Below are positions 46,059-54,585 of a stretch of DNA of 64,000 bases, in pieces (the stretch's first letter is position 1; each line of letters starts with the position of its first letter). The notes under the pieces are model-generated. The model worked only from the letters and a program-made list of their open reading frames with translations. It searched no databases and was not told the DNA's origin. This stretch comes from an uncultured virus (IMG/VR IMGVR_UViG_3300032282_003852) (lineage: Duplodnaviria; Heunggongvirae; Uroviricota; Caudoviricetes), in the IMG/VR virus record IMGVR_UViG_3300032282_003852; one strand, given 5' to 3'. The position numbers and the translations under genes are program-made.

Positions 46059-46160
46059 AGCTGATTGGAATACTTAAAGAAATCTGTAAGTGTTGGATAG
46101 ACAACATAGGGGTAGACACGCTCCTTATACTGGTCGCCAGCCCCCCCACCTTTTGCTGCT

Positions 46161-46415
46161 GTGTCAAAAAAGTTCAACCTCACCCCAAAGTCCAACCATG
46201 CCCGACGTTTTGGAAACCGTGTCCGAAATGTGATTATTGATACGGAGGAGAAGGACAGGATGTTCGTCCGTTTTGAGGGGTGGAACCGGTGGGTATGGGT
46301 TCAGAAGAGGAACGACCCTCACTATGTGGTTAAGAGGGGGTGGGTTCCTGAGGGGGCTCCCTTGAAGACCTGCAAAAAGGACGACTTCAAGGGTAGTGTC
46401 GTCAAGCGGTCTTGA
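46161..46415 (+). CDS. hypothetical basic protein (84 aa)
   Basis: ORF track; fills the gap in the early island. Confidence 0.5.
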   Translation: MSKKFNLTPKSNHARRFGNRVRNVIIDTEEKDRMFVRFEGWNRWVWVQKRNDPHYVVKRGWVPEGAPLKTCKKDDFKGSVVKRS

Positions 46416-46477
46416 GGTGAGGGCCTAGCCCCGAGTTCAGGAGACGGTTACACCTCTGTCCCCACTGTTCCTGTAGG

Positions 46478-46533
46478 TTGCCACTGGGGCTAAAGCTATG
46501 CTACAATTTGGAAGTCAGGGGGGATGACCCCCC
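46478..46533 (+). promoter_or_regulatory. sigma70 promoter plus leader hairpin for the AbrB-like gene
   Basis: TTGCCA-18 nt-TACAAT with TGn; GGGGGG-atga-CCCCCC hairpin. Confidence 0.65.
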
Positions 46534-46549
46534 ACAACCCCTTAAACCC

Positions 46550-46960
46550 ATGACTACTTCCATTCTCGCCAATCCCGCTACCGCTGAAGTGCTGACCGGC
46601 GCCGATCTCCTGGCCCTCGTCAAGGAGATGCCCGAAGCCTCCAAGTCCGACCTCGTCCGGGCGGCTGGTTACGTCTCCACCAAAAAGGATGGTACGGAGC
46701 GGCTGAACTTCACCGCCTTCTACGAGGCCCTGCTCAATGCTAAGGGTTTCGACTTCGGCGCTAACGTCACTGGTGAAGGTCGCCGGGGGCGTCGGCTCAG
46801 CTACGCCACCAAGATCCAGTTCAACGGCAACCTCATGGTCGGCAGTGCCTACACTGTCCAGATGGGCTTCAACCCTGGCGATGAGTTCCAGATCAAGCTC
46901 GGCAAGAACAAGAAGCAGATCATTCTGGTTCCGGCTGGTGTTGATGGGGATGAGGTGTGA
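46550..46960 (+). CDS. cyanobacterial AbrB-like (cyAbrB) transcriptional regulator
   Basis: LTGADLLALVKE..SKSDLVRAAGYVSTKKDGTERLNFTAFYEALL.AKG..LSY..KIQFNGNLMVG.AYT..PGDEF.IKLG. Confidence 0.88.
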   Translation: MTTSILANPATAEVLTGADLLALVKEMPEASKSDLVRAAGYVSTKKDGTERLNFTAFYEALLNAKGFDFGANVTGEGRRGRRLSYATKIQFNGNLMVGSAYTVQMGFNPGDEFQIKLGKNKKQIILVPAGVDGDEV

Positions 46961-46976
46961 TCGTCCCCTAAAATGA

Positions 46977-47005
46977 AAAGAGGAGGGGGAAACCCCTCCT
47001 TTTTT
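46977..47005 (+). terminator. intrinsic (possibly bidirectional) terminator
   Basis: AGGAGGGG-gaaa-CCCCTCCT followed by T5, with an A-rich 5' side. Confidence 0.7.
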
Positions 47006-47065
47006 GTTGCTTATCTAGGTCAGAGTGTCCACCACTCCTCTTTCTCGTTCAGAAAGGTAATGTGC

Positions 47066-47251
47066 TCAGTGAAGGCGTTCCGCAAAATCATCGAAACCCT
47101 CCTTTCCTCCACACCATCGTTCGTATCTTTCCCTGCCGTGCTTTTCTGATTGCGCAAGGTACTTGTCTGCCTTTGGACTAGTAATTAGGCAGCTTGTTCC
47201 AAAGTCTTCCTTCATCATTGAGGAGACTGTATCAGTCGGTGAAATAGCCAT
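47066..47251 (-). CDS. hypothetical protein (61 aa)
   Basis: ORF track; GGAG upstream; follows terL. Confidence 0.55.
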   Translation of the reverse strand: MAISPTDTVSSMMKEDFGTSCLITSPKADKYLAQSEKHGRERYERWCGGKEGFDDFAERLH

Positions 47252-47331
47252 TGTGCTCCGTTTCTTGAGTGTAAACGAAACTTTTTTAAGGAGGTTCCAT
47301 CTCCTTGGTTAGGTGCTATGTCCTGGAAGGG

Positions 47332-49053
47332 TCAAAGTAAAAAGTCATACCCTATGTTCCTACGCCCCCTGGATCCACCTGAAGATGGGTAGGGTGGGTA
47401 CTGAGAGCTTCCATAATCTGGGTCGTTCATGTAGCCGTCAGAGTCTAGCCTTCTCCCCCTATAACCGCTCGGCACAGCCGTCCTTTGCATCTCACCCCTG
47501 AGCTTCTTCGCCCCCATTATAGAGTCCCGGACACCCCTGTCAACCGCATCCAACTTCAGTGTATAGTAAGTCAGTGACCATGTAAATGCGTCCGTAGAGT
47601 CGTCGTGGTTGGAGAATGGAAAACTTGTGAGTTCCTTGACAAAAGCATCTAGCCACGGTCCTTCCACCAGTTTAACCCTGCTTGCCTCCAGCAAGGGGCA
47701 AACCGCCTCCAGTCTAACAGTTTTGGAGCGGAGAGGCTTCATCTCCTCCACAGGGATCTTAGTTTCTCTCTTGAGCATTTGTATCAATGACTGTCCAGAT
47801 GCAGCCTTTTCAATGCAGATCATTCTGGGTTTGTAAAAAGAGTTCAGGTGCTTAACCTGGGCAATTAAGTCTGGGAAGCCCCATTTCCCTTTAACAATCT
47901 CCTTGATGTAAACAATGGTAGGGTCCCTGTGAGAAATGCCAGCAACACAGATAGCAGTCTCATCAGCATTCTCCTTCTCTGAGAAGGCACAGTCAATCCC
48001 AAACCATACCACGTCCAACCCAGGGTAATGACCTTCTTCAACAGTATTGATCCACCCTGCCTTAACAATCTGACCCTTTTTAGATACTGGGGATCCCATG
48101 TACAGGGAGTAGAACGCTGACGTCCCCATAGTCTTTCTCTGGGTATCTAGCGCAGCTTTGGTAAAAGCAGAGTTATCTGGCCAGTGCGTCTCCCCAACTT
48201 GTCTTCCTAAAATGTCGTCATTAGCTTGCTCTTCCGTATCAATGATACCACGGATGTTGATCCATCGCCACCCGTTAGGATTTTCCTCAGGGTCATAGAT
48301 CCCATCAGTATCCATGAGGACACCGTGCAAGTCCCGTTCATGGAATCTTGTTCCTACTAGCAATTGAGCAAAGTGGTTGGTCTTACGGGTGCTAAGCTCC
48401 TCTTTCCACCAACTTTCAAGCTCATCTAACGCTGCCTTGGAGTAGGAGTTCTTTAAGGGGTCGTCAATTAGGGACACACCGATACCAGGGGTGTCCATTG
48501 TTGGGGTACCTCCGGTAAAACCGGTGAGAACACCCCCCACACTGGTGTTGAGGATGTAGCCCCCGCTGATCATGTCGTATTTGCTGTTGGGCTCAAACCC
48601 ACCCCACTCTGGAAACACCCTCTTAAATGAAGGGTTTTTTAGATAACTTAGAACTTCTTTGAAAAGTTTTGAGGAAAGTTGTTGACCGTAAGACGAGATG
48701 ATGTGTTGACTAGACCCATCAATCCCAAGCAACCATGCTACAAAGAGGGCGGAAAGCATTGACTTCCCTGATCTGGGAGGACACGAGATAATCAGTCTCT
48801 GGTACCTCCGATTGATAAGATCCTCAAAGGCAGAACCGATGATCTCATGGAAGTCAGCAACCTTGAGATGCCCTTCTTTCATGATGTCTGCGAAGGCAAG
48901 GAAAGAAGTCCTTGCAGCCTTGTAACGAAAATCCTGTATTACAGATCTGGGAGCTTCCCATAACCGAAGTTCCTTGATCCCTTGCCTATAGTTCCTCCAT
49001 GTGGAGTTCTCGACTAGCTCTGATGCGTGGGATACTGATGGAGGTTGATTCAT
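47332..49053 (-). CDS. terL: terminase large subunit
   Basis: Walker A CPPRSGKS, Walker B SLIDDP, GTRFHERDL, nuclease GIDCAF..IEKAASG..HDDSTDA. Confidence 0.93.
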   Translation of the reverse strand: MNQPPSVSHASELVENSTWRNYRQGIKELRLWEAPRSVIQDFRYKAARTSFLAFADIMKEGHLKVADFHEIIGSAFEDLINRRYQRLIISCPPRSGKSMLSALFVAWLLGIDGSSQHIISSYGQQLSSKLFKEVLSYLKNPSFKRVFPEWGGFEPNSKYDMISGGYILNTSVGGVLTGFTGGTPTMDTPGIGVSLIDDPLKNSYSKAALDELESWWKEELSTRKTNHFAQLLVGTRFHERDLHGVLMDTDGIYDPEENPNGWRWINIRGIIDTEEQANDDILGRQVGETHWPDNSAFTKAALDTQRKTMGTSAFYSLYMGSPVSKKGQIVKAGWINTVEEGHYPGLDVVWFGIDCAFSEKENADETAICVAGISHRDPTIVYIKEIVKGKWGFPDLIAQVKHLNSFYKPRMICIEKAASGQSLIQMLKRETKIPVEEMKPLRSKTVRLEAVCPLLEASRVKLVEGPWLDAFVKELTSFPFSNHDDSTDAFTWSLTYYTLKLDAVDRGVRDSIMGAKKLRGEMQRTAVPSGYRGRRLDSDGYMNDPDYGSSQYPPYPSSGGSRGRRNIGYDFLL

Positions 49054-49334
49054 TGATCCTTAGGTTTTACTTTATTGAGCAAGGCTTGAACCTTTGATTC
49101 ATAGTCCTTTGCCAGCTCTGTCTCTTCTTTGGAATCGGTCTCAGACAGGGCAATGATATCAGAGACAATCTCCCTGTGGGCTTTTACGGAAGAGTTGAAA
49201 ACACTGACTAGATCCCTAGCAGAACACTCTGATAACTGGTCCTGTAGGAGACCTAGGGAATCCTCAGCAACCTGGAGGGCCTTTTCGGCCAATTTTTCCT
49301 TTTGTCGGATGATCTTTTCGTTTAAGTTGTTCAT
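49050..49334 (-). CDS. helical protein coupled to terL (small terminase candidate)
   Basis: overlaps the terL start; function inferred from position only. Confidence 0.45.
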   Translation of the reverse strand: MNNLNEKIIRQKEKLAEKALQVAEDSLGLLQDQLSECSARDLVSVFNSSVKAHREIVSDIIALSETDSKEETELAKDYESKVQALLNKVKPKDQ

Positions 49335-49486
49335 TAAAATCGTCTCCTACATGAGCCGCACCCTGATTGGGTATGGGGGTAGCTCTTTAAGTTTTGAATC
49401 TTCTTGAGAATTGAGTTTGCTAAAGGTTGGTTCCCATCCTTAACGGCCTGGTGATACTGTTTCCATAGGATTTGTGGGGTGTTCAT
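49334..49486 (-). CDS. hypothetical protein (50 aa, start refined)
   Basis: MNTPQILWKQY..GCGSCRRRF; the ATG at 49486 avoids overlap with the upstream gene. Confidence 0.55.
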   Translation of the reverse strand: MNTPQILWKQYHQAVKDGNQPLANSILKKIQNLKSYPHTQSGCGSCRRRF

Positions 49487-49497
49487 TTTCTTATGGG

Positions 49498-50730
49498 TTA
49501 ACAGAGTGATGGGGGATTCGGGCCACCCTCGCAGGGGAGACAACCGAGACGCCAAAGGGAGTTAATAGAAGCCAGCTCAAAGCCATCCTCTATTAACCAA
49601 CCTTTACCCTGAGGAGACTGGACTACAAAGTAGAACCTGCCTGAAGAAGTTTGGATGAACGTGTCAGTCTTAACCCCGATCAAAGTTCCACCCATAAGAG
49701 TTTGAACAGGGGCGGATGTATCCATCGGATCCGAATAGAACGTCTGGAATGCTCCCTTGACGACAGCGAATTCTCCAGTTGGGAAACCAGACGTGAAGGA
49801 AGAATCAAGAACACTCTCTGGTGATATACCTCCGGATGACTGACCATTCTTCGTATTACGCCACAAGTCAACGGCGTATCTGACTAGCTTCTTCCCAGTA
49901 TCAACGTAGAAAACCTCTCTTAAGGGGGTATGAGTCTCAGCGTCCCAGATTGTAACAACTAACTTTCCGTCATCTGTGTAGTTCTCATTGCTTAGTAGGT
50001 AGATGGGCTGACTCAGTGGGTTCTCTATAAACACCTCGTCAGGGGCACATATGTAAACCCAATCCCCAGATTGAGTAACCTGATTGCTCCATTGCACCCC
50101 CAAAGCTGTAATAAAAGCCTCCTCTATGGGGTCGGTGCCTGGGTACCACGGGACATAGATACTCCCGCTAGCTTCATCGACAACTCCCGCTAATGGCAGG
50201 GACGTAGCAACACCTTGCCCTGGGAAGATTTGCCTGCAATCACCCCTTTGGACGCAAGGATCCAGTGCGATGAATGGTAGAACTTCCTCAGTAACTACTG
50301 AGTAGGTCTGCGTGTAAGTGTATTGAGATTGTGGGGTTAGCCCCGTAAACTGAGAAGATGAGCAGAAAAACGGTTCGATGACTGCTACAAACGCTCCAGA
50401 TGGCGATGTTCCAGATATGGTCATTTTAGCCGCTTGCAACAACTGGGTGGCAAAGTCATGACCTGAGCTAGATAGGTAGTTCTGACATGAGAAGTTCAAC
50501 TCAAAGTACAGAGTTTCTTCATATACTAGGGGGATCCTGTTCTTGACCCTCGCAGAAGAGTTGGTGTACCTAACAACGATGTTATTGGTTTGAGTAACAA
50601 CTCCTTCATTATTAGCAGCATCTGCTAGCCTAAGCACATTGACGCTTAGGGGGATTAGGGGAGATGCAATTAGTGCGTCGCAGAGGAATTGCTCGATTCT
50701 GTTTATACTTGAAAGCTCCATTTGTTTCAA
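49498..50730 (-). CDS. neck/tail-completion protein (Mu gp37-like N-terminus) with extra domains
   Basis: INRIEQFLCDAL..IVVRYTNS N-terminus; adjacent to the DUF1320-like gene. Confidence 0.5.
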   Translation of the reverse strand: MKQMELSSINRIEQFLCDALIASPLIPLSVNVLRLADAANNEGVVTQTNNIVVRYTNSSARVKNRIPLVYEETLYFELNFSCQNYLSSSGHDFATQLLQAAKMTISGTSPSGAFVAVIEPFFCSSSQFTGLTPQSQYTYTQTYSVVTEEVLPFIALDPCVQRGDCRQIFPGQGVATSLPLAGVVDEASGSIYVPWYPGTDPIEEAFITALGVQWSNQVTQSGDWVYICAPDEVFIENPLSQPIYLLSNENYTDDGKLVVTIWDAETHTPLREVFYVDTGKKLVRYAVDLWRNTKNGQSSGGISPESVLDSSFTSGFPTGEFAVVKGAFQTFYSDPMDTSAPVQTLMGGTLIGVKTDTFIQTSSGRFYFVVQSPQGKGWLIEDGFELASINSLWRLGCLPCEGGPNPPSLC

Positions 50731-51779
50731 TAGCTAGTGGTTCCATCAGCCAGGGTTTCTCCAGCATCAGTAGGTTGACTAATCTGAGGTGTTCCACCCA
50801 TGTCCTCATACTCTTGAGAATTGACATAGTTGGGGTCAATGTTATTTTGACCGGTTGTACCAAATCCCAGACGGTAATCGGGGGCTTGATCTCCTGCCAT
50901 GTCCGTATTCCAACCGGAGAGTCCCTTACCTGACACAGAGTTGTAGCGTTGAGGAATACGCCAGGCCCGCATGATACCCCTCTTGGTATCAATAGCTGAG
51001 TCCCCATGGCCCGCCCTAATAGCTGTCATCTGCCTTTCAGCATCCAACTGCTTCAGGGACTCCACATAATCCTTGTAAATATCTTCCCTTCTCCTGACAG
51101 TATCCAGGTAGTATCGGGCTATTACCAGGGCTGTCCTTCTACGGTTACTGGTAATGAGCACTCTACCAGCCTTACCAGATTGTTCAATGTAGGAGTCAAT
51201 CAGGGCATTAGCGTCCTCAATAGCCATCTGCAACTTAGCCGCATTTACTGATGTCGCACTTGCATCATCAATATTTGTAAGTTGAATCGCTTCTTTCAGT
51301 CCATAGGCAAGGATGAAGTCTCCAACCGATGCACTTTGGGGGTTTGAGTTCCGGTTCTGATAAGGGAACCCATAGTCCCCTATAGTTGCCCCTAAGTTAG
51401 AGTTCTGCCTAGTGCCATCCTCTTTGGGGTTAGGGGTAAGGCCATTCTTTACCGGAAACCTGTAAAAAGGTCTTACAGCGTTCCTCTTTTTAATAATGTC
51501 GTTTGATCCCGGAGGTACCGGCCCCCTCATACAGATGTTGATGTCTAGGGGTGGTTCGTAAGATACAAAGAGTTCATCCCACGCTGATAGTGAGCTGTCT
51601 AACCCCAGAGTCACCATCGTGTCTGAGGAGTACACAACAGTGTTCACCCCATATTGTCCATAGGCAACAGTGAAGCACGTTGTAGGGACAGGGACTCGTA
51701 TGTCTAGTGGGGCATCGAACCAGAGCACCACTGACGTTGGGTTTGACAAAGTTGCTTCTTTTATCTTAGGGATAGCCAC
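50727..51779 (-). CDS. head-tail connector (DUF1320/Mu gp36-like) fused to an Ig/SwmB-like domain
   Basis: LQMAIEDANALIDSYI..LVIARYYL..Y.E.LKQL; N-terminal VVLWFDAPLD..VTLGL..VSYEPP. Confidence 0.7.
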   Translation of the reverse strand: MAIPKIKEATLSNPTSVVLWFDAPLDIRVPVPTTCFTVAYGQYGVNTVVYSSDTMVTLGLDSSLSAWDELFVSYEPPLDINICMRGPVPPGSNDIIKKRNAVRPFYRFPVKNGLTPNPKEDGTRQNSNLGATIGDYGFPYQNRNSNPQSASVGDFILAYGLKEAIQLTNIDDASATSVNAAKLQMAIEDANALIDSYIEQSGKAGRVLITSNRRRTALVIARYYLDTVRRREDIYKDYVESLKQLDAERQMTAIRAGHGDSAIDTKRGIMRAWRIPQRYNSVSGKGLSGWNTDMAGDQAPDYRLGFGTTGQNNIDPNYVNSQEYEDMGGTPQISQPTDAGETLADGTTSY

Positions 51780-51816
51780 AGAGAAACCTTAGTTACTAAA
51801 TGGTTTTACCCCCATA

Positions 51817-52233
51817 TTACTCCAACTTTATCAGATAGTCATTAGGGTCATTGCTGATAGGCCTAAACCATTCAGAGACCCAGAACGGATAGGCATCCTT
51901 GTTGACTCTGATGGTAAAACCTTGCCACCTTGAGTATAGACAGTTGGCAAGAAATTGGAAAGCGAGGCGTAGTGGCCACTCGTCCCTCCAGTTTACCTCC
52001 CAATGGTCTATTGTTACCAGATTGCCTTCAACCGTGTAGTCTACCCTTGCTACAATGCTCCCTCCCTTCAAGTCTGGGGTAGGGTAGTCGAAAGTCTCCC
52101 CAACTTCGTGGAAAACTTCTCCATCATACTTGGCCACAATGTACCTAAGTTCGGAGATTTCGTCGTCCGCATAGAAAAAGTCCTGAAATACGAACTGGTT
52201 TTGGTTGTAAACTGACGGACGACGGATTGCCAT
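51817..52233 (-). CDS. hypothetical protein (weak GNAT-like pattern)
   Basis: ORF in operon; AYPFW motif. Confidence 0.55.
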   Translation of the reverse strand: MAIRRPSVYNQNQFVFQDFFYADDEISELRYIVAKYDGEVFHEVGETFDYPTPDLKGGSIVARVDYTVEGNLVTIDHWEVNWRDEWPLRLAFQFLANCLYSRWQGFTIRVNKDAYPFWVSEWFRPISNDPNDYLIKLE

Positions 52234-52601
52234 TAGTAAGCTGCTAAAACTAGGTGAACTCCAGAAATGGTTTTAATCCTTTTTGGTTTAAAGGCTAGAC
52301 CTTTCATTATTATGGCATGACCTACATAAAGATCCTTCTCTATCACAACGTCTTCCTTAAAGACACCCGGTACTCCCACTTGGAACCCCTCACCTCCGAA
52401 GAAGTTATCCAAACCTAGGGTGAACCCAACGTCGGAGTTAATAGTTCCCCCTGCAAAGACGTTGCTGTATACAGAAAGATCATCTACGATACCCAACGAC
52501 TTCATGAAAACCGGGGCCAGAGGGTTGGCGGGACTTTGACCCTTGCCGGGGTTGTTCAGGCCGCCGGGATCATAGTTTTTGTCAGAGTAAATGTTTGTCA
52601 T
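52233..52601 (-). CDS. possible spike-associated beta-rich protein
   Basis: coupled to the gp5-like gene; beta-strand-rich. Confidence 0.5.
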   Translation of the reverse strand: MTNIYSDKNYDPGGLNNPGKGQSPANPLAPVFMKSLGIVDDLSVYSNVFAGGTINSDVGFTLGLDNFFGGEGFQVGVPGVFKEDVVIEKDLYVGHAIIMKGLAFKPKRIKTISGVHLVLAAY

Positions 52602-54163
52602 GCTAGTATTGATGATACTAATGATTGGACTTGTGATGTAGCAGCTCCAATTGCTGATGAAGCTAGGGCTTGGAGACCTGTCAAGGGCCCACTGAACACT
52701 TTGGCGAGGGTAGAAGATGCTGCAGTATTCAGGGTTCCATAGATGTTTTGAAGATTTCCTAAAGCTCCAAAAGTCCCTGGGGGGATGTACCTGGTGAACT
52801 CTGTGATGCCAGCCTCTGTAGCTTGCCCTATTACATTACCCACCGCCTGAGTGGCTGCGTCACCCAATGCCTCTGTAGCCTGACCGGCAACACCCCCCAC
52901 AGCTTGCCCTGCGAGATTACCAATAGCTGCAACACCTTGCCTTGCTATACTATTCACAGCTTGAGTAGCCAAGCTCCCCACAGCTTGAGTAGCGGCACCA
53001 GTCGCAGCTTGTCCCAAAGCATTGGCGACAGCCTGGCCAGCAACACCGCCAACGGCTGTAGTGGCCTGGTTTATCAAACCACCAACACTATCTCCGACTA
53101 AGCCTTTAGCGGCCGAAAAGGCTGTATTGGTTACAAATCCCAACGGGTCGCTAACTATCCCCTGAGCTGTTGCAAGAAGACTTTGGGCTTTTTGTAGGGA
53201 TGCGATTGCATCCGGCTGAAGAACAGTAGGAATGGCCACATCTAGGTTTGCGGCGAACCCTGCGATGGAGAAGTCAAGGCTAGGGAAACCCGCAGCATCC
53301 CTTACAAATGCTAAGGAAATGTCTGGATCCGGGTTAAGGAGGTCAAAGTCTTCTCCGGGTTCATACTCTTGACCACTCCCTACGGCTGGATACCAGTGAG
53401 CATCTTCCCCTTTAGGATTACCTTGTGGTCTTGTAGTGTACTCTGAGTTTTGTTTGAACTGTTGAGCCGTAGTGGGGAAGGCTCCGTCACCCACTGTACC
53501 CATCATTACGGGGTTCTGTCTACTCCCCAGGGAGTCGTTAGCCTGGGTACCATCGTTACCACCAGCATGACCATGTGACAAATCAACGTGCCTGACCCAG
53601 AAATACCCCCCGTCCCTCTTCATGCAAACCGATAACCAGTCAGAGTCCATTGGGCCGTCTTTCTCGATAACACAACACCCGTGGTTTGCCTCACAAGGTT
53701 TAGGCATCTCATCTGCATAATACCCAGGAAGCCTGGTCATTGAGCTGTTGTTAGGCATCTCTAACCTGCTAGCAGCTTCTTCTGTCAAGTTCTCTTTATC
53801 ATGGAGAACATCCTGCAGGATTGCGTACTGGTACTGTCCATTGGACAACACAACACTAACCCGCTTTCCTAACAACCCCCTTGGTTGCTTCCCCTCGAAC
53901 GCAGGGCAGACGTCAATCCAGTGAGACAGTAGATCCCCATTCCCCTCCCTTGGCGGCCCGTCTTGTACTTGGGGGACGTTGAGGTTCACGCAATCGAATA
54001 GAACTCTGACTCTACCTCTATTCTGAGGGTCATCAACATCTTTTACAACTCCTCTTACAGTTCCCCTAGGTAAACCAGCAGATCTGGCGTGAGTTTCTGC
54101 TACTGAGCAGAACGTTGCGATCTTTCTAACTACCGGAATGTCTTTAGGATCGAAGTATGCCAT
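52598..54163 (-). CDS. baseplate hub/spike protein (gp5/gpV-type OB-fold)
   Basis: VRGVVKDVDDPQNRGRVRVLF..SHW; Ala/Gly/Gln repeats at the C-terminus. Confidence 0.75.
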   Translation of the reverse strand: MAYFDPKDIPVVRKIATFCSVAETHARSAGLPRGTVRGVVKDVDDPQNRGRVRVLFDCVNLNVPQVQDGPPREGNGDLLSHWIDVCPAFEGKQPRGLLGKRVSVVLSNGQYQYAILQDVLHDKENLTEEAASRLEMPNNSSMTRLPGYYADEMPKPCEANHGCCVIEKDGPMDSDWLSVCMKRDGGYFWVRHVDLSHGHAGGNDGTQANDSLGSRQNPVMMGTVGDGAFPTTAQQFKQNSEYTTRPQGNPKGEDAHWYPAVGSGQEYEPGEDFDLLNPDPDISLAFVRDAAGFPSLDFSIAGFAANLDVAIPTVLQPDAIASLQKAQSLLATAQGIVSDPLGFVTNTAFSAAKGLVGDSVGGLINQATTAVGGVAGQAVANALGQAATGAATQAVGSLATQAVNSIARQGVAAIGNLAGQAVGGVAGQATEALGDAATQAVGNVIGQATEAGITEFTRYIPPGTFGALGNLQNIYGTLNTAASSTLAKVFSGPLTGLQALASSAIGAATSQVQSLVSSILA

Positions 54164-54561
54164 TATCTAACAAACTTGAGTTGATTCTTTGAGTGTTTTT
54201 TCTTGTCGTTGCCAGACTGTGACTTTTTGATTTCATTGGGTTTGCTCGGCTTCTTAGGTTGACGCACGGGGGTCACCTTTTTCTCCGGTTCAATGACGAT
54301 CTGGGCCTCGGCTTCGCTGACGGCTTCACTCACCTCAACTGGTGATTCAATCTCCTCAGTTTCCTCCGTATTCTCAGTGCCCTCAACTACGTCAATCTCT
54401 GGCACCTCCTCAAACATTTCCTCTGTGTTCTCAAAACCCTCGGTATTCTCAGTGCCCTCAACTACGTCAATCTCTGGCACCTCCTCAAAACCTTCATGGT
54501 CTTCCGCAGTATCTGCAATACTGGCAGTACCTTCAACAACGGACTTTTTTCTTCTAGGCAT
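54163..54561 (-). CDS. low-complexity acidic/basic protein
   Basis: duplicated FEEVPEIDVVEGTENTE; GGGTAAAA upstream. Confidence 0.65.
   Translation of the reverse strand: MPRRKKSVVEGTASIADTAEDHEGFEEVPEIDVVEGTENTEGFENTEEMFEEVPEIDVVEGTENTEETEEIESPVEVSEAVSEAEAQIVIEPEKKVTPVRQPKKPSKPNEIKKSQSGNDKKKHSKNQLKFVR
54368..54489. repeat. 47-bp exact direct repeat, period 75 bp
   Basis: gtattctcagtgccctcaactacgtcaatctctggcacctcctcaaa at 54368 and 54443. Confidence 0.85.
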
Positions 54562-54585
54562 GGCGAAAATGAATTGTGATAAGTT

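Noticed and set aside
47252..47331. Hairpin region after terL as a tRNA or ncRNA
   Set aside because: Single AAGGAG/CTCCTT stem with no cloverleaf; no tRNA recognised anywhere in the window
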